From: Chloroflexota bacterium
Lineage (GTDB): Bacteria > Chloroflexota > Chloroflexia > Thermomicrobiales > UBA6265
NCBI GenBank assembly: GCA_019348515.1
Contig: JAHWJF010000001.1
Location: 2,692-28,351 of the forward strand
DNA length: 25,660 bases
Direction of reading: 5' to 3'
A program made the position numbers and the translations under genes. The notes under the pieces are model-generated. The model was not told the origin of the DNA. It made no database searches and saw nothing but the letters and a program-made list of their open reading frames with translations. This document shows positions 7,724 through 17,079 of the stretch, piece after piece; positions within the stretch are counted from its first letter, which is position 1, and each line of letters starts with the position of its first letter.

Positions 7724-9079
7724 ATGAACATCCGATTCGAGCATCTGCTAGGGCAGTTGGAGCGCGGCGCGATCGATCGCCGCACGTTCATCGTCCGGGC
7801 CATCGCGCTCGGCGTGACCGGGTCCGCGGTCGCCTCGGCCCTATCGCGAGTCGGCAGGGCCTCCGCGCAGGACGAGAGCGCCGCCTCGATCGGCAATCCG
7901 GAAATTCCCCATGTCGAAGGGACCGAGAAGGGTGTCATCAAGATCTACTCGTCGTGGCCATCGACTGGGTCCATGGAAGGGATTGGCGTCGATGCGTTGG
8001 AGGCGGCCAGGCTGGCCTTCGCCGACTTCGGCAACATGGCCGGTGGCTTCGCGATCGAGTACGTGCCGCTTGATTCCGGCATCGCCGCGAACAACGGCGG
8101 GTGGGATCCGGGTGTCGAATCAGCGAATGCGAACCAGGCTATCGCCGATCCGGATGCCATGGTCTACATGGGAACCTACAACTCGGGCGCGGCCAAAATT
8201 TCGATCCCGATCATGAACGAAGCCGGGATGGCGATGATCTCCTTCGCCAACACCTACACCGGTCTGACCAAGGAGTTCCCTGGTAACGAGGCAGGCGAAC
8301 CAGAGCAGTACTATCCAACCGGCGAGCGCAACTACTCTCGCGTCATCGCCGCGGACGACATCCAGGGTGCTCTCGGCGCGCAATGGGCGGTTGAGACAAA
8401 GGGTGTCGAAAGTGCGTACATCCTCGACGACCAGAGCCTCTATGGGCACGGCGTCGCTCAGGTCTTCAACGACACGCTGCTAGAAATGGGCGTCGAAGTC
8501 CTCGGATTTGAAGGCTACGACCCGAGAGCGCCCGACTACCAGGCACTGATGACGAAGATCGCGGACGCAGGTCCAGACCTCGTCTATGTCGGGGCGACCG
8601 TTGAAAACAATCCGTCGAAGGTCCTTCTCGATATGCGATCCCTCATGCCGGCCGACGAGGTCGTCTTCCTTGGTCCGGACGGGCTGTTCACCCAGGCGTT
8701 CATCGACGGCGCGGGTGAGGCAGCGGAGGGTGCGTTCCTCACCTTTGCTGGCTTGCCGCCGGGAGAGCTGGCCGGCCCTGGCGCCGACTTCAACGCCCGG
8801 ATGACCGAGATCCTCGGTCACACTCCGGACGCCTATTCGACCTACTCCTATGACAGCGCCGTCGCCGTCATCCAGGCGATCGATCAGGTTGGCGAGAAGG
8901 ATCGGGCCAAGATCCTCGACGCGTTGATGGCCACGAAGGACTTCACGAGCCTGGTCGGCAAGACCTGGTCCTTCACCGAGACGGGGGACATCGACAATCC
9001 GAGCATGTCCGTCAATGAGATCGTGCCGAACGACGAAGGCGAGCTCACAATCACATTCGTCGAGGCGATCGGCAGCTAG
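7724..9079 (+). CDS. livK: Branched-chain amino acid (HAAT) ABC transporter substrate-binding protein with twin-arginine signal
   Basis: RBS GGAGGA, Tat-like DRRTFI and cleavage site ASA-QD. LivJ/K-like segments YMGTYNSGAAK, RVIAADDIQG, YILDDQSLYGHG and YSTYSYD. First gene of a livHMGF operon. Confidence 0.85.
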   Translation: MNIRFEHLLGQLERGAIDRRTFIVRAIALGVTGSAVASALSRVGRASAQDESAASIGNPEIPHVEGTEKGVIKIYSSWPSTGSMEGIGVDALEAARLAFADFGNMAGGFAIEYVPLDSGIAANNGGWDPGVESANANQAIADPDAMVYMGTYNSGAAKISIPIMNEAGMAMISFANTYTGLTKEFPGNEAGEPEQYYPTGERNYSRVIAADDIQGALGAQWAVETKGVESAYILDDQSLYGHGVAQVFNDTLLEMGVEVLGFEGYDPRAPDYQALMTKIADAGPDLVYVGATVENNPSKVLLDMRSLMPADEVVFLGPDGLFTQAFIDGAGEAAEGAFLTFAGLPPGELAGPGADFNARMTEILGHTPDAYSTYSYDSAVAVIQAIDQVGEKDRAKILDALMATKDFTSLVGKTWSFTETGDIDNPSMSVNEIVPNDEGELTITFVEAIGS

Positions 9080-9090
9080 CAGCGTTCGCT

Positions 9091-9138
9091 GGGGAGCACG
9101 AGCGGGATCCAAGATGTCTTGGCCCGCTCGTGTTCCCC
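9091..9138 (+). other. Strong intercistronic stem-loop after the SBP gene (probable mRNA stabiliser or partial terminator)
   Basis: GGGGAGCACGAGCGGG pairs with CCCGCTCGTGTTCCCC (16 bp, one G-U), with an inner CCAAG/CTTGG stem. No U-tract follows. Confidence 0.75.
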
Positions 9139-9183
9139 GGTCCGGAGCTCCCCAACTCGTCTGTACTCAGCGTTGAGGCCGGC

Positions 9184-10158
9184 ATGGAATTCAACGGGAC
9201 CCTCTTTGCCCAGTACCTCATTCTCGGGGTGACGAACGGGGCGCTCATCGCGCTCATCGCGCTGGGGTACACCCTCGTCTACGGCATCGTCGAGCTGATC
9301 AACTTCGCTCACGGCGAAGTCTTCATGATGGGCGCATTTCTTTCGCTTTCCGCCGTGAGTGCGTTCGGTCTTGTCTCCGGCGCTGGCTGGGCGCAGATCG
9401 CGCTCGTCTCACTCGTCGCCATGCTTGCCGCGATGCTCTTCAGTGGCGCCCTCAATTGGAGTATCGACCGGGTCGTCTACCGTCGTCTGCGATCCGCGCC
9501 GCGGCTGGCGCCGCTGATCGCCGCCATTGGCATCAGTTTCATTCTCCAGGGCATCGGCATCTATTGGAAGGGCTCGACCACGATCTTGCCGCCGAACCTA
9601 ATTCCGACCGACATCCGCTCAGTCAACATCCTGACTGATTGGCTTGGTCTCGAGACTCGCATACGCTTCCGAGCGCTCGACCTCGCCGTGATTCTGCTGA
9701 CGGTCCCACTCCTGATCGCTCTCTCTTGGCTCGTCTATCGCACCCGGACTGGCAAAGCCATGCGCGCCGTCGCCCAGGATCGCGGCGCCGCGGCCCTGAT
9801 GGGTATCGACGTCAACCGTACGATCGCGACCGCGTTTCTGGTCGGCGGCATCCTCGCGGGGGCGGCGGGCTTCATCGTGGCCTACTACACCAACACGGCT
9901 CGCTTTCAGATGGGGTTTCGCTACGGTCTGTTTGCCTTCACGGCCGCCGTGCTCGGCGGTATTGGCAACCTCAACGGTGCCGTCCTGGGAGGGCTCATCA
10001 TCGGTCTTGTCTGGTCGATGAGCGATGGTTTCCTCCAGACCTACATCCCGTGGTGGGGAGCGCAATGGACACCGTTGATCATTTTCGGTGTTCTTGTCTT
10101 GGTGATGGTCTTCAAGCCGACTGGCCTGCTTGGCGAAGCCGTTCCCGAAAAGGTCTAG
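9184..10158 (+). CDS. livH: HAAT ABC transporter permease
   Basis: GALIALIALGYTLVYGIVELINFAHGE, TGKAMRAVAQD and AFTAAVLGGIG. Start ATG 9184 follows GAGG. Confidence 0.92.
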   Translation: MEFNGTLFAQYLILGVTNGALIALIALGYTLVYGIVELINFAHGEVFMMGAFLSLSAVSAFGLVSGAGWAQIALVSLVAMLAAMLFSGALNWSIDRVVYRRLRSAPRLAPLIAAIGISFILQGIGIYWKGSTTILPPNLIPTDIRSVNILTDWLGLETRIRFRALDLAVILLTVPLLIALSWLVYRTRTGKAMRAVAQDRGAAALMGIDVNRTIATAFLVGGILAGAAGFIVAYYTNTARFQMGFRYGLFAFTAAVLGGIGNLNGAVLGGLIIGLVWSMSDGFLQTYIPWWGAQWTPLIIFGVLVLVMVFKPTGLLGEAVPEKV

Positions 10159-10167
10159 GAGGCGCTC

Positions 10168-11382
10168 ATGGCTAACCTTGCGCGCGTCCGGAGTGCCGGC
10201 GGCAGTTCGCAGCCGGCTTACGCCGCGACCCCCCGCTCGCGACGGGATATCGTCATCTTCGTCGCCATCCTCATCTTCTTGCTCGCCTTCCCCTTTATCG
10301 ACCAATCGCTGGGGCTTCGCTTGATGGGAGCGCTGCTCCCGATTGGTATCTATGCCCTGCTCGCCATGGGGTTGAACATCGTCGTCGGTTACGCCGGTCT
10401 GCTCGATCTTGGCTACGCCGCGTTTTTCGCCATCGGCGCCTACACCGTCGGCTTTCTGACGTCGCCCGGGTCGGTCTTTGTGCAGGCTGGCTGGATCCCT
10501 CCATTTTTCCAGCAGTTCTGGCCGGCTCTGGTCATCGCGTTCGTGGTGGCGGCCATATTCGGCGTTTTTCTGGGGGCTCCAACACTTCGCCTACGGGGCG
10601 ACTACCTGGCGATCGTCACCCTGGGGTTCGGCGAGATCGTGCCAAACTTCTTTCTCAACGCGGTGCCACTTACCGGCGGCACGCGGGGGATCAATCCGAT
10701 TGCGAAGCCGCCGACACTGGGGCCGTTTGATTTCGGGCAGACCGCCCAGCGCAATTGGTATTGGCTGATACTGGCGATTGGGCTCTTTTCGATCTTTATC
10801 ATCCTTCGCCTGTATGACTCCCGGCTCGGCCGCTCCTGGCAGGCCGTTCGAGAGGACGAGCTCGCCGCCGCCAGCATGGGGATCAATCTGACCAGAACCA
10901 AGTTGTGGGCATTCGCGCTAGGCGCGTCGTTCTCCGGGTTTGCCGGCTCGCTCTTTTCCTCGGCATTTCAGTATGTCCACCCCAGCCAGTTCGAGTTCAC
11001 CTTATCGATCCTGATTCTCTCCGCGGTGATTCTCGGCGGCATAGGCAATGTGTTCGGGGCGGTCATTGGAGCGGTACTTATCGGGTCGTTCGACCGCATC
11101 CTCGCCGAACGGCTGACCGGGCCGCTCAATGCCTTCGGCGAACAAATCGGCAGTGACTGGCTCGCCAGCCACAATGTCGGGGAGGATCGGTACGTGGTCT
11201 TCGGTCTCGCCCTGGTGCTGATGATGCTCTTGCGACCGGGCGGGCTCTTCCCAAGTAAGCAGCGTTCGGCCGAGCTGCAACCCGACGCAGAGGACATTAG
11301 TGTCCAGGAACAGCAAGACCTGTTCGATGTCCGCCAGCATGATGACGAAGTATCAGATGTGCGAGGAGGGCAGGTCGCATGA
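10168..11382 (+). CDS. livM: HAAT ABC transporter permease
   Basis: GLNIVVGYAGLLDLGYAAFFAIGAY, LRLRGDYLAIVTLGFGEI, GRSWQAVREDELAA and VILGGIG. RBS AGGAGG. Confidence 0.93.
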   Translation: MANLARVRSAGGSSQPAYAATPRSRRDIVIFVAILIFLLAFPFIDQSLGLRLMGALLPIGIYALLAMGLNIVVGYAGLLDLGYAAFFAIGAYTVGFLTSPGSVFVQAGWIPPFFQQFWPALVIAFVVAAIFGVFLGAPTLRLRGDYLAIVTLGFGEIVPNFFLNAVPLTGGTRGINPIAKPPTLGPFDFGQTAQRNWYWLILAIGLFSIFIILRLYDSRLGRSWQAVREDELAAASMGINLTRTKLWAFALGASFSGFAGSLFSSAFQYVHPSQFEFTLSILILSAVILGGIGNVFGAVIGAVLIGSFDRILAERLTGPLNAFGEQIGSDWLASHNVGEDRYVVFGLALVLMMLLRPGGLFPSKQRSAELQPDAEDISVQEQQDLFDVRQHDDEVSDVRGGQVA

Positions 11383-12287
11383 GCGCGGCCGCCGCCGACT
11401 CGGTCGTCGCCGAGGATATCCTCATCATTAGCGGGCTCACCAAGCGCTTCGGCGGACTGGTGGCGGTCGACAATGTCGATCTGTTCGTCCAGCGCGGATC
11501 GATCGCGGGTCTCATCGGCCCCAACGGCGCCGGGAAGACGACCATCTTCAACATGATCGCGGGAATCTACCGGCCGACCGAGGGAGATATCAGTTTCGAC
11601 GGGGCGCCCCTCTTCTCCGGTGGCTCGCATGGATCGAGACCTCGCTGGCTTCGACCAGACCAAGTGACCGAGCGCGGAATCGCCAGGACCTTTCAGAATA
11701 TCCGGCTCTTCGCCAACATGTCGGCGTTGGACAATGTCCTCATCGGCATGCACTGCCGGCTGAAGTCGACGCCGCTCGGGGCGGTGCTGCGCCTCCCCTC
11801 CGTCAACCGCGAGGAAAACGAGTCCCGCGCCAAGGCGCGCGAGCTCCTCGACTATGTCGGATTGCGCGGTCAGGGTCCCGTCACCGCCAAGAATCTTGCC
11901 TACGGTGACCAACGCCGCCTCGAGATCGCGCGCGCCCTCGCCAGCCAGCCCAAACTCCTCCTCCTCGACGAGCCAACGGCGGGGATGAATCCGCAAGAGA
12001 CGACGCAGATGACCCGCTTCATCGACCGCCTGCGTCGCGACCTCGACCTGACCATCCTCCTTATCGAGCACGACATGAAAGTCGTGATGGGCATTTCCGA
12101 CCAGGTAGCCGTGCTCGATCATGGGACAAAGATCGCGGAAGGGACGCCAACGCAGGTCCAGCGCAACCCGAAAGTTATCGAGGCCTATCTGGGGACCGGC
12201 GCCGCCGAGGTTGCAGGTGCGGACGAGACGGTCTCTGATGCGAACCCGGTCGCGGGACGCACGGCGGAGACGCCCGGTGGCGCATAA
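11379..12287 (+). CDS. livG: HAAT ABC transporter ATP-binding protein
   Basis: Walker A GPNGAGKT, IARTFQNIRLF, LAYGDQRRLEIARALA, LLLLDEPTAG and IEHD. ATGA overlap with livM. Confidence 0.93.
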   Translation: MSAAAADSVVAEDILIISGLTKRFGGLVAVDNVDLFVQRGSIAGLIGPNGAGKTTIFNMIAGIYRPTEGDISFDGAPLFSGGSHGSRPRWLRPDQVTERGIARTFQNIRLFANMSALDNVLIGMHCRLKSTPLGAVLRLPSVNREENESRAKARELLDYVGLRGQGPVTAKNLAYGDQRRLEIARALASQPKLLLLDEPTAGMNPQETTQMTRFIDRLRRDLDLTILLIEHDMKVVMGISDQVAVLDHGTKIAEGTPTQVQRNPKVIEAYLGTGAAEVAGADETVSDANPVAGRTAETPGGA

Positions 12288-12291
12288 CGTG

Positions 12292-13023
12292 ATGAGTAAC
12301 GGGCGAGACAGCTCGGCAGCCATGCTCGACGTTCAGGATATCACCACCTTCTACGGCAATATCCAGGCTCTCAAAGGCATTTCGCTCCACGTCGACCAGG
12401 GTGAAATCGTCACCCTCATCGGGTCGAATGGTGCCGGTAAGACCACCACATTGCAGACGATTTCCGGACTCCTCAGACCGCGTACCGGCACCATCACGCT
12501 CGGGGGAAAGCTCATCAGCGACAAACCGGCCCATGTCGTCGCCGGATTGGGGGTGGCACAGGCACCGGAGGGCCGGCGCATCTTCAACCGCATGACGGTC
12601 ATGGAGAATCTGGAGCTGGGGGCTTACTCCCATGGTAAGCCAGATCCGAATGATCTGGCACGCGTCTTTTCGCTCTTCCCTCGTCTAGAAGAGCGAAAGA
12701 CCCAGATCGCGGGCACGATGTCCGGCGGCGAGCAGCAAATGCTCGCGATCGGCCGTGCGCTGATGGCGCGTCCGTCCGTGCTCTTGCTCGACGAACCGTC
12801 GCTCGGACTCTCCCCGATGCTCGTCGACACCATCTTCCAGATTATTCAGGACATTAATGCCCAAGGCACCACGGTCCTCCTGGTCGAGCAGAACGCGCTC
12901 AAGGCCCTGGCCGTGGCCAACCGGGGCTACGTGATCCAGACCGGACAAATCGTCCTTTCCGGCACTGGCCGCGAGCTCCTCGGCAACGACATGGTGCGCA
13001 AGGCATACCTCGGCGAGGATTGA
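12292..13023 (+). CDS. livF: HAAT ABC transporter ATP-binding protein
   Basis: GSNGAGKT, APEGRRIF, MSGGEQQMLAIGRALM, LLLDEPSLGL and VEQNA. Start is ATG 12292 or 12322; the longer ORF start lies inside livG. Confidence 0.93.
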   Translation: MSNGRDSSAAMLDVQDITTFYGNIQALKGISLHVDQGEIVTLIGSNGAGKTTTLQTISGLLRPRTGTITLGGKLISDKPAHVVAGLGVAQAPEGRRIFNRMTVMENLELGAYSHGKPDPNDLARVFSLFPRLEERKTQIAGTMSGGEQQMLAIGRALMARPSVLLLDEPSLGLSPMLVDTIFQIIQDINAQGTTVLLVEQNALKALAVANRGYVIQTGQIVLSGTGRELLGNDMVRKAYLGED

Positions 13024-13147
13024 GTCCGCACGCCCGAACGTGGAGCCCGGTTTGGGGATCCCCTCGGCCCATCATCCCAGCGGTGTACTGGGGCGGGGTC
13101 GCCACCGAGATTCGTTTCCCGAGTGCGGCGCGGTTCCCGCTGAATCG

Positions 13148-14278
13148 TCAGTCCCCGGCGGCTTCGCTCCGCCGCATCGCCGCCACTCGCCGGTCCAACC
13201 AGCGTGAGACCCGCGCCCGCTCCGGAACGAGACCCCGGGGGTTGACCAGGAGCACGACGACGATGATCACCCCCACCAGCGTGTCGCGCAGATGTGGGAT
13301 GCGTCCCTCGACGAACGCCGGCAGGTCAAATCCCTGAAGTTGAAGCGTCGTCGACCACAATCCCCAGATGACATAGACGCCAACGATCGTCCCGACCATA
13401 TTGCCGCTGCCGCCGGCGATCAGCATCGCCCAGAAGATGAACGTCCCGAAGAAGTGGGTGAACGTCTCTGGCGAGACCGCTCCCTGTTGGAAAGCAAACA
13501 GCGCGCCGGCCGCGCCCATGATCGCCGCCCCAAGGACAAAGCCTTGAAGCTTGAACGCGACGACGTCCTTTCCGGCCGCCGCCGTTGCGTCCTCGTCCTC
13601 ACGGATCGCGCGCAGCACCCGTCCCCAGGGTGATCGGATACCACGGTCGACAAGCACATAAACCAGCAGCAGCAGCACGACGACAATGAGGAGAAAGACG
13701 TAGTTATAGGCATCGGCGTTGACCCAACCGGCGAGCGGGCGTGGGATTCCGCCGAGACCGCGGCTGCCGTTGACGAGCCAGCGTTCTTCGGTCGCGATTC
13801 GCCGCAGCACCTCGGCGGCGCCGATGAGCGCGATTGCCAAATAGTCCTCGCGGAGGCGCACGATCGGCCACGCCAGCGGCAGGGCCAACGCCGCTGACAG
13901 CGCGGCGGCGGCGATGATGGCGACGAGGAACGGCAGCCAGGCTCCGGCGCCGGGCAACGGCACGGCCGCGAGAGCGTCGCCCAGGCCGCCGATATAGGTC
14001 GCGAACTGGCCGTCTGCCGGGCTCTTCGTCACAATCGCCGCTGTGTAGGCACCGACCATGAAAAACCCGACCACGCCGAAGTTGAAGATTCCGGTGTACC
14101 CCCACTGGACATTGAGACCGATGCAGACGATGGCAAAGATCGCCATCGTCGCCAACGAAGGCACCAGGAAGGAGACGACCGAACTGATGCTGCCGGTGCG
14201 CAAGAGCGGTAACCCAACGAGGAACGCCGTGATCAGGGCGACGATGACGATGGCGAGCAGATTCCCCCGGCGCGTCAT
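13148..14278 (-). CDS. HAAT ABC transporter permease, LivM/NatC-like
   Basis: GLNVQWGYTGIFNFG, RLREDYLAIA, PWGRVLRAIREDE and IAGGSGN. Start ATG 14278 overlaps the upstream stop (ATGA). Confidence 0.88.
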   Translation of the reverse strand: MTRRGNLLAIVIVALITAFLVGLPLLRTGSISSVVSFLVPSLATMAIFAIVCIGLNVQWGYTGIFNFGVVGFFMVGAYTAAIVTKSPADGQFATYIGGLGDALAAVPLPGAGAWLPFLVAIIAAAALSAALALPLAWPIVRLREDYLAIALIGAAEVLRRIATEERWLVNGSRGLGGIPRPLAGWVNADAYNYVFLLIVVVLLLLVYVLVDRGIRSPWGRVLRAIREDEDATAAAGKDVVAFKLQGFVLGAAIMGAAGALFAFQQGAVSPETFTHFFGTFIFWAMLIAGGSGNMVGTIVGVYVIWGLWSTTLQLQGFDLPAFVEGRIPHLRDTLVGVIIVVVLLVNPRGLVPERARVSRWLDRRVAAMRRSEAAGD

Positions 14279-15372
14279 GATTGGGCTCCGAGTAGCCCGC
14301 GCGGCCGAAGCAAGATCACGGCTATCAGCATGACAAAGATGACGGCCATCTTGTAGCCAGGGGAGATCACTCCCAGCCCGACCGCCACCTCGCCCACGAC
14401 ACCGACGATCAGTCCTCCCAAAAACGCGCCGTGCGGACTGCCGATGCCGCCCAGAATCGCGGAGGCGAAGATCGGCAACAGCAAGATGAAGCCAAGCTCT
14501 GGTGACAGTTGCGACTGGAGCGCGAGCAGGCATCCAGCCGCGGCTGTCAACCCACCGCCGACGACCCAGGTCCAGCGGCGAGTAGCGGCGATGTCGATTC
14601 CGCTCGCCCGCGCCAGGTCGGCGTTGTCGGCCATCGCCCGCATCGCGGTGCCTAACCTGGTCCGATACAGCACGACGTACGCGGCGGTCGCCAAGACTCC
14701 GGCCGCCAGCATGATGAAGAACTGGTCGGCGACGATCCTGGGCAATCCCGGGATGTCGACCGTCGTGCGGATGCCGCCCACGTAGCGACGCCCCGTCGGA
14801 CCCCAGATCAGTAGCATGACCCCGCGCATGCTGATAGCCACGCCCAGGGAAGCGACGGCGAGGATCGCCGTACTGGACCCGCGGCGGAGCAGGGGTTGAT
14901 AAACGAACCGGTCGATGGCGAGCAGGACCGGCACCGCCAGGGTTGCCCCGATCAGAATCGCGAGCACCAACCCATAGCCGAACGAGAACCGCCAAATCGG
15001 CTCAGTTGCGCCGGGAAGCTGACCTAGGTGAAACGGGAAGACAACGTCTCCAGTCTGCGAGCCGACGACTGCCCCGGTAAGCGCGAAGAACGCCAGGTAC
15101 GCCGCGAACATCATCACGTCGCCGTGAGCAAAATGAGAAACCCGTGCGATCCCGTAGATCAGCGTCAAACCGACCGCCGCCAGACCGTAGAGGCTGCCGA
15201 CGATCACGCCGACGACGAACTGGTCCGTACGCGCGACGGCGGACCAGGCGGCGAACCCACCGATCAGCAGCCACGGCACCCATGGTCCAAGCGTCTGCGA
15301 CCATCTGGTCGTCCGCTGCCGAGCCAGCGCCACCTCGCGCTCGACGACACTCTTTTCAACGGCTTGCGCCAT
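14275..15372 (-). CDS. HAAT ABC transporter permease, LivH/NatD-like
   Basis: GLAAVGLTLIYGIARVSHFAHGD, LGTAMRAMADNADLARASGI and FASAILGGIGSP. Start ATG 15372. Confidence 0.88.
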   Translation of the reverse strand: MAQAVEKSVVEREVALARQRTTRWSQTLGPWVPWLLIGGFAAWSAVARTDQFVVGVIVGSLYGLAAVGLTLIYGIARVSHFAHGDVMMFAAYLAFFALTGAVVGSQTGDVVFPFHLGQLPGATEPIWRFSFGYGLVLAILIGATLAVPVLLAIDRFVYQPLLRRGSSTAILAVASLGVAISMRGVMLLIWGPTGRRYVGGIRTTVDIPGLPRIVADQFFIMLAAGVLATAAYVVLYRTRLGTAMRAMADNADLARASGIDIAATRRWTWVVGGGLTAAAGCLLALQSQLSPELGFILLLPIFASAILGGIGSPHGAFLGGLIVGVVGEVAVGLGVISPGYKMAVIFVMLIAVILLRPRGLLGAQS

Positions 15373-15382
15373 GCATCGCGTC

Positions 15383-16099
15383 CTATTCGCCGAGGTAGAG
15401 CCTGCGCACCTCGTCGCTCTCCAATAGCTCCGATCCTGACCCTTCGAGTCGGTTCTCCCCGTTGGCCAGGACGTAACCACGATGGCTGATCGCCAGCGCC
15501 CGCCGGGCATTCTGCTCGACCATCAGCACCGCCGTTCCGCGACGGTTAATCTCGATGACACTCGCGAAGACCGTCTCGACCATCTTTGGCGAGAGACTCG
15601 CCGACGGTTCGTCGAGCAAAAGAATCACCGGCTCCAACATCAGGGCTCGTGCCAGCGCCAGCGTTTGACGCTGTCCACCGGAGAGCCGGCCCGCCCGCTC
15701 CCGCGGCCGCTCGGCCAGGACCGGGAACAGTTCGAACACCCAGTCGATGCGGTCCTTGACCCCATTAGTCAGCGTGAATCCCCCCATCGCCAGATTCTCC
15801 CGAATCGTCAGGCGGGGGAAGACATTGTTGGTTTGCGGCACATAGGCCAGGCCGCGACGGACCAACTTTTCTGGGGTCAAGCCTGTTACGTCGTCGCCGG
15901 CGACCAATACCCGCCCATGCCAGGCCGGGAGGTATCCAAAGACAGACTTCAGGAGCGTCGACTTGCCGGCGCCGTTCGGGCCGATGATGGTCACAATCTC
16001 GTCATGACCGACCCGGATCGAGACGTCACGGACGATCGGGACTTCGCCGTAGCCGCTCGTGAGTCGATCAGCGGCAAGTACCGGCGCATGCTCCGTCAT
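15383..16099 (-). CDS. HAAT ABC transporter ATP-binding protein, LivF-like
   Basis: GPNGAGKS, AYVPQTNNVF, LSGGQRQTLALARAL, LDEPSASL and VEQNA. TGATG coupling to the upstream gene. Confidence 0.9.
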   Translation of the reverse strand: MTEHAPVLAADRLTSGYGEVPIVRDVSIRVGHDEIVTIIGPNGAGKSTLLKSVFGYLPAWHGRVLVAGDDVTGLTPEKLVRRGLAYVPQTNNVFPRLTIRENLAMGGFTLTNGVKDRIDWVFELFPVLAERPRERAGRLSGGQRQTLALARALMLEPVILLLDEPSASLSPKMVETVFASVIEINRRGTAVLMVEQNARRALAISHRGYVLANGENRLEGSGSELLESDEVRRLYLGE

Positions 16100-16920
16100 C
16101 ACTTGACTTGACCTCCCAGGTACGCTTCGAGCACGGCGGGATCCTGCCGCACCTCGTCGAATGAGCCCTCGAAGAGGCGCGTTCCCTGACTCATCACGAT
16201 CACTGGATCGCAGAGGCGGGCAATGAGGTCCATATCGTGTTCCACAATTAGGAAGGTGACGCCGTGATCGTGGCACTGCTCCTCGATATGCTCGGCAAGT
16301 TGCCGCATGAGTGTGCGATTGACACCTGCCGCTGGTTCATCGAGGAGCACCATACGCGGCCGGATCATGAGGGTCCGGGCGAACTCCAGGAGTTTTTTCT
16401 GGCCGCCCGACAGGTTGGCGGCGAAGGCGTCTCGCAGGTGGATCAGGTTGACGTAGGCGAGAATCTCCAGTGCCTGGTCGACAATCGCGTCTTCCTGACG
16501 GCCAACCTGAGCGGGGCGGCACCAGGCATTCCAGATGCGCTCGCCGGTCTGGTCCGGTCCTGCTAGCACGAGGTTCTCCAGCACTGTCATCGTCGGAATC
16601 GGGCGCGGAATCTGGAAGGTACGCGCCAGTCCCCGGCAGAGAAGCTCGTCGGGACGAAGACCGGTAACCGCCTGACCGTCGAACAGGATCACGCCGGTGT
16701 CAGGGCGCAGTGCGCCGGCGATGATATTGAGCAGTGTCGACTTGCCCGCACCATTCGGTCCGATCAATCCCGTGATCGTCCCTCGCCCCACGGCGAACGA
16801 GCAGTCATCGACCGCCCGGTTGCCCCCAAACGCCTTCGTGACGGCGCCCACCTCGAGGATAGCGTCCCGCTGGAGTGCTGCCGTGGGGGTTGGTTGTTCT
16901 CGGATGGCGACCGTCGTCAT
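16099..16920 (-). CDS. HAAT ABC transporter ATP-binding protein, LivG-like
   Basis: GPNGAGKS, LARTFQIPR, LSGGQKKLLEFAR, LLDEPAAGV and VEHD. ATG 16920 follows AGGGAG; an alternative start is 16932. Confidence 0.9.
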   Translation of the reverse strand: MTTVAIREQPTPTAALQRDAILEVGAVTKAFGGNRAVDDCSFAVGRGTITGLIGPNGAGKSTLLNIIAGALRPDTGVILFDGQAVTGLRPDELLCRGLARTFQIPRPIPTMTVLENLVLAGPDQTGERIWNAWCRPAQVGRQEDAIVDQALEILAYVNLIHLRDAFAANLSGGQKKLLEFARTLMIRPRMVLLDEPAAGVNRTLMRQLAEHIEEQCHDHGVTFLIVEHDMDLIARLCDPVIVMSQGTRLFEGSFDEVRQDPAVLEAYLGGQVK

Positions 16921-17006
16921 CTCCCTGTCCATACCTTGCCCATCGCGCCGGATCGCCGCGAACGGAACGAGCGGCGGATGTGGCGCGAATCAATTCTGAG
17001 GCACAA

Positions 17007-17041
17007 CGGAGCCGATCCGCTTCGGTGACGGATCGGCTCCG
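17007..17041 (-). other. Perfect 13-bp intercistronic stem-loop after the second SBP gene
   Basis: CGGAGCCGATCCG-N9-CGGATCGGCTCCG. Confidence 0.75.
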
Positions 17042-17079
17042 ACAACGGCGTTATTGACGTTCAGCCGGAGGACCGAGGC

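Noticed and set aside
10968-12323. 451-aa antisense ORF over livM/livG
   Set aside because: It is a shadow ORF typical of high-GC DNA, with no motifs, fully opposite well-supported genes.
13024-13147. Bidirectional terminator between the two Liv operons
   Set aside because: Only short 5-bp stems (CCCAG/CTGGG, GGGGATCCCC) are present, with no U-tracts.
13148-14995. 615-aa ORF that looks like a fused permease
   Set aside because: The N-terminal ~240 aa are an alternative frame of the LivH-like gene. The real gene starts at ATG 14278 with an ATGA overlap.
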